From NCBI GenBank assembly GCA_050084985.1, contig JBITNC010000001.1, positions 101,804,001 to 101,868,000 on the forward strand: DNA of 64,000 bases, read 5' to 3'. The DNA is from Nageia nagi. Lineage: Eukaryota; Plantae; Pinophyta. The position numbers and the translations under genes are program-made. This document shows positions 1-11,381 of the stretch, piece after piece (position 1 is the stretch's first letter; every line of letters starts with the position of its first letter). The notes beneath the pieces are model-generated. The model saw nothing but the letters and a program-made list of their open reading frames with translations, was not told the DNA's origin and did not search any database.

Positions 1-475
1 TCATATATTAATTGGATAAAGCATTAGAAGAGATAATTTGAACTCATTTGAATTGGAGAGAGAAGCATGAGAGAGAAAGGAGGTTTCCAATGGTCAAGTA
101 AGTGTCTGTTATGCTTTGTTGTTATGTTTTTCTTGGGATTTATAATGTAGGAATTTTCTATTTATTTGTATTATGTATCAGTTGGACAAGTATTTGTCAT
201 GCCTTGTTGTTATGTTTTGCTTGGGATTTATAAAGCACATGTTCTTGCTTTATTTATTTTGCATATTAGTAGTTTGGATAAAACACCAAAAGAGAAAGCA
301 ATGGAAGAGATGACATAGTTATTCTTATGCTTTGTTGTTATTCTTTCCTTGGAATTTATTTGTATTATATATTTTTGGTCAAGCATTTTTTGTTTATTTA
401 TATTATGTTTCAATTACTCAAATGTGTGTCTAGTATGCTTCCTTGTTATGCTTTATTGTGATGTTATGTGTATCA
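1..475. mobile_element. Probable LTR/repeat fragment truncated by the window edge
   Basis: Recurring sub-repeat TTATGCTTTGTTGTTATGTTTT..TTGGGATTTAT at ~110, ~200 and ~326. Ends ...GTGTATCA, immediately before PPR-like sequence. Confidence 0.35.
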
Positions 476-819
476 GTAGACCAATCATAATTCAACTTTC
501 CCAACATCCTCAAGGAATGCACCAAACTAGATAAATAGTAGGAAAATAGATGCATTGAAATGGCTTGTGAATCTATTAACATTATTTCAACAAATGCAAC
601 AAACAATAATATTAGTGAAACTAGATTAATCCAACTTTGCCAACATCCTTAAAGCATCCAACACACCAAAATTTTTGCAATAAGGTTTATACATATATCA
701 AAGACGCTTTAAAATTGAATTTTTGTCAAATATTTTGGTCGTACATAAAACTAGTAGACATGTATGCAAATTATGTAAGCATATATAAAGTATATAGGAA
801 GTATTTTTCAAGATGCATG

Positions 820-1326
820 TGAGAGAATTGAACTATAACAAGAACAATCATAAACTACCAAGATCACATGAAAGTTCTCAATTCACATCTAACAATTTCA
901 CAAATAAGACAATCTCACAAAGTAACTCAATATGTAAAGTGGTTCCTCTAACTAGGAGTACATCCACTAACTAGATCTTTACTTCAATCACAAATACAAC
1001 TCTCTTACAATTCTTTTAATCTCAACTCCTACACTTCTATCCTATAGCATAACTTTACTCCACAATTGGTGTATGATCACAAAGAAGGAGCCTTCTATTT
1101 ATAGACCAAAATCCCTCTTTGGATCACCCTTTTATCCAATGTACAAAAGCATGACATGCACATCCTTTTAGCCAAGGGACATGCTCATGACATGGAGTGT
1201 AGGACAAGTTACATTATCATATTCACTTAAATACTTTAAGGTATCAAATGATACCCTTAAGTATTAATGAACTTACATAGAAGATTTAATACAAACCTTT
1301 ATAATAATGCATTATACATTTCAACA
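820..1326 (-). mobile_element. Solo LTR of the same Copia family as 39387-46097
   Basis: Reverse complement aligns end to end with LTRs 39387-39886 and 45600-46097. TG..CA termini; flanks GCATG/ACATG (degraded 5-bp TSD). Confidence 0.9.
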
Positions 1327-1483
1327 ACATGATGTAAAGACATGATCATATACTATAATGATCTTAAGATATACATATAATGCAAACACATTTCCAGCCA
1401 ATGCAATGAATCTATGTTGTTTCACTAAATGTAACAAACAATAACAATAATAGCATTAAATGTGCACCACCTCCCCACTTTGT

Positions 1484-1992
1484 TGAAGGAGATGAAGTAA
1501 TTCTTTATCTCATCTAAGATTACCTTGTATGGAATCTTCCACTATTCTTAAGAACACATAAATCATTCACACAAGAGAACACAAAAATATATAATGGTTC
1601 CTCCAACTAAGGGAGTACATCCACTTGAACCATCTCTAATTTCTATTATCTCAAGAACTCTAACTCTCTCTACAACTAAAAGCATTTTAAGCTTCCTACA
1701 AGATCAAGTTGTCCTCATACTACAAGCATAAGAGTGCTTTCTACAAGTGTGTATTACAACAAGCCCATGCCCTCTTTTTATAGGTGAGAACCTCACCTTA
1801 ACTCACCTTTTAACAAAAGGTTTACATGGGGTTACCATGGACAAATGTCATGCTTGGGTGAAGTTAAAGTCTTCCACTACTTTATCACTTTTAGTTAATT
1901 AGTGATAAAATAGGGAATTACATAAAATGATTATTAATACTTAGATACCATCTAAATATAACTTACACAATAATACATTATATATTCTAACA
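1484..1992 (-). mobile_element. Solo LTR of a related family
   Basis: Termini TGAAGG...TTCTAACA; flanks TTTGT/TATGT. Shares the GGTTCCTCCAACTA..GGAGTACATCCACT motif with the Copia LTR, and the PPR frame resumes after it. Confidence 0.75.
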
Positions 1993-2289
1993 TATGTAAC
2001 CTTTTCCAATATTCTTCAACCATGTGCCACCATGTTAGCTCTAGAATAAGGTATGGACATCCTTCAAAAAGTAGTTGAAAATGATTTTCACTGAATGTTG
2101 TGCTTGTGAGCACCCTCATAGGCATGTATGCAAAACGTGGAAGATTATATAAGGCCTCAAGATTATTAACAAGATGCATAATGCAATCACAATTCAATGG
2201 AATGCAATGATTTTATGATATATAATTAATGGCTATAGAAAATATTCCTTTCAACTATTTAATCTAATGAACATAATTTAGATATTGAT

Positions 2290-2470
2290 ATAAGTGGTGC
2301 ACCTTAACTTTAAGCATCCAAGTGGAGTGCCACATGGATGAAAAAATCATTAAAAATTAATTGTACATCAACATGCCAACATGGATGATGGCAATTTTGT
2401 TTCAACCTAGTCACACCTCTTTTACCACGTGTATATATCAGATTGGTCAGGTGTGTCACTATTCATTATT
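2290..2470 (+). repeat. Left long terminal-inverted-repeat-like arm (pairs with 14930-15125)
   Basis: About 180 bp aligning by eye (~70%) to the reverse complement of 14930-15110, e.g. CATCAACATGCCAACATGGATGATGGCAATTTTG vs CGTCAACATGCTAGTGTGGATGATGGTAATTTCG. Confidence 0.65.
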
Positions 2471-2982
2471 TCTAGTGCATTGACCTGTCATCAATCGGGC
2501 CCACCTCTATTGGTGCACATAGCAAACCTAGCAACAAGGTGCATTGATAGGTGTTCTTCGACCTACATATTTCCACCATCGACTAGCAAGTGATTCCATT
2601 GAATGCACACCGCCCCACCACTCCAATATGTATTCTCCCTCTTACTACATATCCTTCCACATTTGCTCATCATGCATGGCACGTATGGTCGAGGTAGTAG
2701 GAATGTTATTAGTTTCTATTAGTTTTCATACCAATCATTTCATCCTCTAAATGTTCCTATGTTTTATGGAGTCTTTATTTTCTTTGGCATCCATACATGT
2801 TTCATTTTCTGTCTATGGTTCATTATTCATCATGAATTAAGAAAATTATGTAATTACCTTATTTTTTTATAGTTCCCCTTATACATAGGTGTGGTGTGAA
2901 ATTTTATATTTTTTGCCTAAGTGTAGAAAAAATAATAAATAAATAAATAAATAAAAATAGTAAAGGGGTAATAAAGATCATG

Positions 2983-4320
2983 TGTTAGGAGCCCCATTAA
3001 TTGTTAACGAAGAAATATAACAATTTTCCTATATAATAAAGCATAGGGGGTCATTTATGTTATGTTGGGATTACTATTTATTTCTATTTGGTATGTTTGA
3101 TTGAAAGGTTGAAACCCTACTCTCTTGTGGACAAAAACCCTATGAGAGATTTGACTCTTATGGATGGAAACCTGCAAGAGCCAACCTTGAGGATGAAAAC
3201 CCTCTTAGTCGATGAGGACTTAGGATGAAAACTCTTTGTCTTCTTAAGGTAAATCCATTTTAAGGTTTACATTGGTACATCACTTTCATATTGAGGAGCT
3301 TTTAGTGTTGATTCAGCTAACTAAGGTATTTTATCAGTATTAGCATTATCAAAGATACTTTTGTGGGCATCATTGACTAGATTTGAAGGTATTAATGTGA
3401 TCAGTAGATGGATGCTCATTTTGAGGGAAATTCGACAAGTTTTAGAAGTAATAGAGAGCATCCTTAGTTAGGCATACTCATTGAGAGGCTTTCTAATCCA
3501 TTACAATAAAAAAATATAGTTTGGGGTTGGACATGGGCCTATTGTAGAGAAAATTCTACAGATTTCCACTAGATGTCCCACCATTGTGGATATAATTGAG
3601 GTTTATTTGATTTGTGCACTATCAGGCAACATTGATATTAAGGATTATCAATTATTAATCATCATAACAATCATCCATGCTTAGATGTCCCAATATAGAG
3701 AGACTTTTTGCCTCTATTAAGATACATAAATTAGAGTTTGCAATTTATATGAAAAATTGATAAGGTTGGAGGCAAGACATCCCATCACTCTTGGGCATAT
3801 TAATTAGTAATTGCAATCAGCTAGGATGATTTATCATATTTTACTAGATGTCCCTTATTAGCAGGGTTATTTTGGAGATTTCACAATTGTTAGAAGATAG
3901 AATAGATCGCTTTAGGTGTGACATCCCTTTTTAGCAGTGTTATTTGTAATATTTACCTTGTTTGGCATCACTTATTAGAGGATCAACTTGTAAATCAAGT
4001 TCCATTAGAATTTATCTTCTAAATTTTATCAAAATTTATGTATCTATTATGATGAATTACCATTATTCATTTTACACTTTTTGATCTCTTGTAACACATT
4101 ATGAGTTATCAATATTTACAATAAATATACAATATTTATGGATTTCTCTTTCTGGGTATTGCCAAATTGGGATGTTCTAGTATTAGGCATTGTTAATTGA
4201 TGTGATTCAATGTTTATGGGTTATGATTTATGTGATTTTGATGTAAGAAACTTGGAATAGTATTGGATTTTGGATAAACTATTAGCTAAGGTTAGATAAA
4301 TCTAGAAAAGTGATATTTCA
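2983..4320 (+). mobile_element. 5' LTR of a Gypsy-type element
   Basis: TGTTAGG...TTTCA termini followed 2 nt later by the PBS TGGTATCAAA. Gag follows downstream; no 3' LTR found in the window. Confidence 0.65.
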
Positions 4321-4322
4321 AG

Positions 4323-4333
4323 TGGTATCAAAT
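4323..4333 (+). promoter_or_regulatory. Primer binding site (tRNA-iMet), degenerate
   Basis: TGGTATCAAAT vs canonical TGGTATCAGAG, directly after an LTR-terminal CA. Confidence 0.65.
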
Positions 4334-5266
4334 AATGATCTTGCCATCCTATGGGAGAAAAAGTGAAATTTTTTAGTGATTCAATGATAGTTGTGGAAGA
4401 TTTATTAGATCTAGGATTGATCTAATAGATCTTGGGCATTGCATCATTGATGCATCTTGATTGACACTTGATATTTGGCATTCTTGAGATATATTTTTCA
4501 CATACTCTTATACGTTTAGCATTTTGGGAGACTTGATACCATATGTTGAGCATATTTGGTTATTCCCTTTATTTATTGATGTTATTAAAAATCTAGATAT
4601 CTTATATAGGAGATAAAACTTGATTGTGTGCATCCCAATTTAGCAATCATTTTATTCTTCCTTAAGGCAATGCATGAAATAAGTATAGATAGTATTGAAC
4701 ATTGGCAGTTCTCATTAAAATCAATGAGAGCAAAATTAGTAATCCAAGGTAGCCTAAGGCATTGTTATTGATAGATCAGAATTTTACTTAGCAATTTGTA
4801 GAGCTAGTGAGAAGCATTGTATCATAGAATAATATGTAGTGATTGAGTATTGGCAGAATTGTAACAAATAGCATTATATTTGTAGCATTTAGAATATATT
4901 TCAAATAAGTTCAAGGCTATTATAGAATCTTCCATTCAATGCTTTGTAACCCATATATTTGATCATTATGAAGTCTAGTCCATCAGATTTTCCATTGATA
5001 TAAGGATTGCTTTATTTTGTAAAATAGTTGCAACAATGTACATTGATGTATATGGTGATAACAAAGATTAAAATTTACCATAGTTTTGACTGTTCTTGCA
5101 ATAGGAAGTTAATAAATATTTGGGGACTATTTTGGGTTTTGTAGTGTTGGCAGCCTCGTGTATTATTTTTACAGTGATTGGATTGGTAAAAATTATAATT
5201 TTTAAGGATTTTTTACTTGGTTAAAAGTTCAGCAGTGTTAGAGTTTGTAGAGGTTAACAATAGAAT

Positions 5267-6474
5267 CACTACTACATTTTAGCGATTTTGCATCATAACA
5301 TACGTCATATAATTGCATTTGATTCCATGATGCAAGATGCATCATTGTTTAGCATGTATGTATCAATCTATGCTAAACCAATTTATTTAATGTATTGGTT
5401 AACATATGGATTGACATATTGGTTGATGTATGGATTGATGTATTGATTAACATATTGGTTGATGTATGGATTTATGTATTGATTGCATCAAATAATGCAT
5501 CAAGTCAAAAAAAGAATAGAAAAAAAAGGAGTGGATCATGCACACATATCATGGCATGATTCTCTATCTATCATTGATGCATTCCCTTGATCGATGATCA
5601 ATTTTTAATAGTGGGTATGATGCCATTTATGAGTGAATGAAGGATCTTTCCCTCTATAAGGGCATTATTGGTGACGTAGGTTTGCAAGAGCCAAAGACAA
5701 GTTGAAGAACATAAATAGTAGTGTGTATATGTATTTTTTAGTAAGCAAAATGTGCATTGCATGCTTCAACCACCCATCTCAATAGTATGTGAGATGCCCA
5801 TGAAATTTGGTGGATGCCCACAAAGTTTGGTGGATGCTTGTGAAGTTTTGGATTGTATGATCGAATGACAAATCTTCTCATAGAATATGATAATTTCAGG
5901 TTACCAAAAACATGGCTTTCCTTGACATGCATTGAAACTATTTCACCAAATGTAATAACACCAACAATAGTACAACCAAATGAATTCACATTTTCTAGCA
6001 TCCTTAAAGCATGCACCAAACTGAGATATTTGCAAAAGAGTTTTTACATACATCAAAGACTCTTTAAATCGGATTTTTTTTTGATGTTGTGGTTGTGAGT
6101 TCCTTGGTATACATATATACAAAATATGGAGGTGTAGAAAAGATACATGAATTATTTGACAAGATGCATGATGCAAACAAGAAATCTTCCCATGGAATAT
6201 TATATCTAGATCAATTAACCTTTCCCCTACATCCTGTTATTTTGATGCTATAAATAATGCTTTATACATCTTGTATAATGTCACTTATTTGATCGTTCAA
6301 ACATCAATATACAATGCAATGAATGATGTTACAATTGATGAAACAAATGACATTTTATTTTATAATACTGTTAGCATCAATTGATACATCTGATTTATAC
6401 AATTTAAAAAAATAAATAAATAATACTATGGATTGATGCATGGTATGATGTAAAATTGGTTAAGTGTAGTAGTG
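5267..6474. mobile_element. Non-autonomous CACTA element carrying a PPR fragment (Pack-CACTA-like)
   Basis: Termini CACTACTACA.../...TGTAGTAGTG extend to ~40-bp imperfect TIRs. 3-bp flanks AAT/AGT; subterminal TATGGATTGATG repeats; internal PPR fragment. Confidence 0.85.
5760..6230 (+). pseudogene. PPR fragment inside the CACTA element
   Basis: FS*NMIISGYQKHGFP (~5875) and VQPNEFTFSSILKACTKL (5970-6023), followed by a SLVYIYTKYG-type motif. Confidence 0.75.
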
Positions 6475-6572
6475 AGTGTATTTATAATGTTGTTGTGGTG
6501 AGTACTTTGAGTTGATGGTAGTAAGCATTTTGATCTAAATTTTCAACTGAGTTCTCTTATTCAAAATAAAAA

Positions 6573-7145
6573 ATGGTAAACAATGGGTCACATCCTAGAA
6601 AATATGGAGAAAAGATAATGCTTGACAAACTTGAGAAGATTGATAAGGCCCAAGATAATATGAGTGAGCTTTTGAAGAGGATGCTCCAACTCCAAATAGA
6701 ATCAGCTTACAATAAAACTCCTTCAAGGGTTGCATCACCAATGGGAAGTACCTTTATGCCTTGCCAACCAACCCCATTACTCAAACCTTCCAAGCCATCA
6801 ACAAGAGGTTAATTTAGGTACTTTTTCTATTTCTTAACAAACAACATTGTTTGAAGAATACCAAGGAACACTAGAGGTTTTAGGAAGTAAGTTTCTTTTT
6901 ACAAGTTTTTAGAGTACTAGGGCAAGAAGCCCAATCACAACTCTCCTCTTAGACATGAGCAAAGGTCTCCTCCTATAGATAAGCATAAGAGGGAATTTAG
7001 GAAAAATCATATTATTGTCCACAACAAAGTAGTGTCATTTGAAGAATTATAGGGTTCAAAACTATCACCAAAGAGCAAAAATTAGTTAAGAAAAAAGCAA
7101 TTATGCTTTAGATGTCAAGAGGCTTGGACACCTAAACATGTGTGT
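6573..7145 (+). pseudogene. Ty3/Gypsy gag remnant (N-terminal coiled-coil segment plus zinc knuckle; capsid domain apparently absent)
   Basis: ORF 6573-6812 followed by stops and frameshifts, then KLSPKSKN*LRKKQLCFRCQEAWTPKHVC, a chromovirus-like CxxC-x7-HxC knuckle at 7104-7145. Confidence 0.75.
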
Positions 7146-7178
7146 GAAGATACTCAATCAGATTTGGAAAATGATCAT

Positions 7179-7356
7179 ATTAGAGTTACAATGATGAAAG
7201 TTGATGGTAATTATTTGTTAGAGTCATTTCTTTTAGTGTTTATTTCAAATAAAATAAAAATCCTCCAAAGCATAACACTATTAGAAAAATAGTCAAGGAT
7301 TTAAAAACAAAAATTGTAAACAAATTCATAGAAAGGATTATAGAAATAGAAGGGCT
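7179..7356 (+). pseudogene. OTU deubiquitinase domain, N-terminal half, in frame with the gag zinc knuckle
   Basis: IRVTMMKVDGNYL(fs)RVISFSVYFK*NKNPPKHNTIRKIVKDLKTKIVNKFIERIIEIE matches the OTU catalytic motif DGxCLFR; the Cys codon reads TAT at 7212-7214. The rest matches the ..DELR..VADEFIKRR.ETEW helix of plant OTU4-like proteins. Confidence 0.75.
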
Positions 7357-7799
7357 TGTTACCACCCATTTTTTGATCAATAATTTTTTCATCTTTTTTT
7401 TCGATTTAGGTATTTAAGAAAAGTTTTATTGTTTGGTTTAATAAACAAAAAACTCATAAAAATTGAATAATCAAAAATTTAAAAATAACAATTTTTCAAG
7501 ATCTCATCTTTTCATCACAAAAAGAGTTTGGACTGTTGGGTAGTATCTTTCACCATAGAGGCAAGCGCATATTCTGAACATTGACATCTAAATCAAATTC
7601 TATGAAACTATTAAATACCATCCTATAATTTTGATCATGAGTGGAACTCGGTCCTACTTAACTGTTGAATTACGAGAATCGAAATCTCTTTTTTGAAGCC
7701 AAGTGTTCATTCTAAACACTGAAAAATGGAATTCAGTTCTCATCATGAACTAAAAGCCAAAAAGTTCTTCATTTTCAAAACTAGAGTAAAAAATGATGA

Positions 7800-8965
7800 A
7801 TTTTAACTGTAATATTATTTCCTTTGGTCGCATTGAGTTAATAATCAACTTGAGTGTGAATAAGCGCTTTTTTTTGGTTGCATCATCTTGATTTTCAAAC
7901 TAGCATGACTTAACCATTTTCTTTGGTCACATTGACATATACCTCAACCTTGCAATGACTAAGGACTTTCTATGTGGTTGCAATATCTTACCTTCCAACT
8001 AGGTATGATAAGGGGATTTTTCTTTGGTTGCATCTACTTGTTAACCTACCCAAAGTGACTAACACAAGCCCTAATCGCATCGACTTCAACTTCTACTCAT
8101 GCCGCCTAAAGTTGCCTATTGATTTTCTCCCCACCGTCAGATCTATAGCTACAATGTTTAGATTTTTGCCACATTTCCCTTGGCACCTTTTGCACCCATA
8201 TATACCCCAACCTACCTATCATTTTCAGCATAGCACTTTTGGATCATCCCTTGTTTGAGTGTGTCTACTTCCAAGTCGGAGCAACTAGGAAATAACTAAT
8301 GGGCATGTTGAGTTAAGTGTGAAGAGAGAGCGACTAAGGCTTGGTTAGTAGTTGTGTCAAGTTGAGATGAAAGTCGAAGTGACTTAATGCTACCTTGTCC
8401 TTACTAGTTTCTTATATCGATCGAAGACCTTTCTAAGCCAGGTCCATGTGGCTTAGATTGATTGAGACCCTCTTTTCCTTTATCGCATCAAATTTTAAGC
8501 TTGATTTGAAAGCAACTAAGTTGAAATCCCTTGTTGTATTATTTGTAAGCTCTAAATGAATGCAACTAAGCCCAAACCTTTCTATCACATTAACATGAAC
8601 TTGACCTTGAAGCGACATAGTTAAGGACTACTTATCACATGGACTTAATGCTTAAGTCAAAGTAACTAAGTAAAACATTCAATTATCACATTATGTTGGA
8701 AACTTGTTCAGAGCGACTAAGACATCCCATCATCGCATCATTTTGAGTCTCAATGAAAAATGATTAAGTTTTTTTCATATTTCACATCTTATTACATGTT
8801 AACTCAAAGCAACCAATGCATTAAGTTGTTGCATATTTTATCCTTCAACTCGAAGCAACAAAAACATTACATTATCGCATCCTATTGAACTCATTCTCCA
8901 AGTGAATTGGTCAATTTTTGCTAGTCGCAACCACTTAGACTATGAACTCAATGCGACTAAAGAAA
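7800..8965. repeat. Degenerate ~50-bp tandem array of GCGACTAAG / TTGGTCGCA motifs
   Basis: TGGTYGCA-type motifs at ~7825, 7875, 7924, 7976, 8025. GCRACTAAG-type motifs at ~8512, 8562, 8612, 8661, 8713, 8953. Confidence 0.6.
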
Positions 8966-9058
8966 AATGAATAATTTTGAGAAAATGAAATTTTTCTAAA
9001 ATTATGTTTTTCATCTTGTCTTGAAATGATGGCTAATTAAATTTTTTCATTTTATAGG

Positions 9059-11280
9059 ATGATCAAGTCAAATAAAGACATGGGTGGTTATTCCCATTTT
9101 ACCAAGAGCAATTTTGTTGAATTGAAGAAAGATGGAAAAACCAAACAAAGGGCCCGTTATTATGATAGACTCAAGGATATTAGAGACCCTAAATGGAACC
9201 ATATTGATTCGATATTTATGATCAAGGAGGTCGATGGAATACTAGAAGAAGTTAAAGAAAAAGATATTCTTAATTCTTCAAGACTCTTCACAGCTGTAGT
9301 GATTCCTTTTTTAGTAAACTTTCCAGAGTTGGTACTTGAAGTTGCATAACATACAGACTTTGCAAGTCGGGTTATCAAAGATGTAAAAGGAAATATAATT
9401 GCAGATTTAACTAAGTAAGGCATAGATAAATCTACGAGTTGGTCAAACAAAGGTATCATCTTCATCTAAAAAGATGCAAACCATAAGTACGAAGAATATA
9501 ACAACAAATATAGACCTAGCGATTTTATTCGAGATTTGATGAAACTAAAAAATCATGGTTTGGCTCATCAGGCTATTATGAAAGCACAAAGATGTCTATT
9601 TCATGATACTACAAACAAAGCCATCAATTTTTTATGTAGAATTTTGGGAAAGTACACTTATATTAGATTCAAAAAAAACTTGTTTGGCTTCCTCTATAAG
9701 GTGAACAAAGGAGAAAGTATCTAATGGAGCTAGGTTATCAGTGATAAGATGATAAATCAATTGAAGGAAGTAAAAAAAATAAGGAGTTTCTTTTATATGT
9801 CCTATTTGGTTTTCCTGTTGTTGAAAGGAAAAAATTGACCTTGAGCTCATGGTATCAAAAATGTCATCTTTAACAAAAAGGCTAAAATTTACATGGCCTA
9901 TCCAAAATTTCATAAGGTCAAAGAATGGACCTACATTCAAATGAGGATTGATGAATGGGAATATGCAATCATCAAAGAATTAAAAAGGGCTCAGCATGTT
10001 CCTAGTATTTCCATTGAGGTAGTTGATTTTTTGAAGAGGTTTGTTGATTTTTACCTCGAATAATTTGATAATTCTTATACGAGGGTTTTTGGTGCAAATG
10101 TATCACCGCTCAAATTACTGTGTTATCTTAGAAATAGGATGGTTTTCCTTGAATTTGTGAGACAAGCTTTCTATTTACATGAAAAGTTTTCTAAGGAGAA
10201 GAAAGAGGTACCCATCACGATGCATATTACTCTTTCTTGATATTGTTGTAATAATTGGTTGGAAGTAGAAACAATCAAGTGTGAGATTGAAGGTTACAAT
10301 TTTGAAAGCCACATATTGAAGATGCATTATGATCCAATTGGTGTAGTTGACAGATTTTGCCAAAAATTTCACACAAATTATAAACATCACTCTCTCGGCA
10401 ATCTTGAAATATATAGAAATGTTTATTCAGAGTTACAAATGCAAAGAATCTTTGAACAACTAGCACATGATGAGAAAGAAAGAAAGGATTATACAAAGAT
10501 AAAAGTTGTAGAATTGAGCAAGATTTCACTAGAGATCCTAGTTTCAATCAATTTGGCTCAATGCAAGAATTCGATGTATTGAAGAACATTAATGCATCTT
10601 TTTCAAACATTTTGACACCTAGATTCATAGATTCATAAGTTGTTGAACACCCCAAATCCCACTTTGAAAGTGGATAACGTAGTCATGATGTCAATCCAAG
10701 TAGAGATCCTTCTTCTAGCAGTAGCTCTTTAGAGAGCTCTAATGATTCTGACAGCGATGACTAGTCAAAATATGTAGGTAGTAATAATAGGTCAAGAAGT
10801 CATAATGAGAGTGAAGAAGAATCTGATGAAGATGAGGGGAGGTACGAATAACAAACTAAAGAAATTTTTGAAGAGTATCAAGACACTGGCCCGACTACAG
10901 ACACTCATACTGAAGGAGAAGAAGACTTCATAAATAATACAGACTCTGAAAAAGAGGGTCAAATCAAATAAGATGTCTTTATCCCTACAAGGGTTTTTTT
11001 TGGCATGGATTTGATTACTACTTATTCTTCTTCCACCTCGGAAGAGTCATAGCAAGAGGATGTAGCTTTGGACGTCCCCATGCAACAAGCTATGAAGGGC
11101 TCTACATAAACTACAAAACACCCAACCATGAGGTCAGAGGAAAAGAAAGGCTTTACTCCTCACAAAAGTTTTGGCTTACAAAAATCTTCATTTAAGCAGT
11201 CGTATAGAGTAATCAGAGGGGATGGAGATAGAAATGATGATGATGAAAATGAAAAAAGGAGAAAAAAGAAAATAAGATGA
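9059..11280 (+). pseudogene. Decayed retrotransposon accessory ORF with acidic C-terminal tail
   Basis: Collinear + ORF pieces 9059-9349, 9536-9724 and 10259-10582, with motifs FPELVLEVA and MVFLEFVRQ and a D/E/S-rich tail. No RT, integrase or transposase motifs recognised. Confidence 0.55.
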
Positions 11281-11381
11281 ACACAATAAACAGATTATCA
11301 CAATTGATAATACCACCACCCTTGATCAACTCAGCTCAGAGAACCTCCTAAGCTATAGGAAATGGTGGCTATAAGGTAAAT

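Larger units (their letters stand above)
476..2280 (+). pseudogene. PLS-class PPR pseudogene fragments interrupted by two solo LTRs
   Basis: Decayed PPR motifs in + frames: FPNILKECTKL (~498-530), FANILKAS (~636), LVDMYAN (~751), TFSNILQPCATMLALE*GMDILQKVVENDF..VVLVSTLIGMYAKRGRL (~1999-2150), WNAMI (~2198). Confidence 0.75.
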
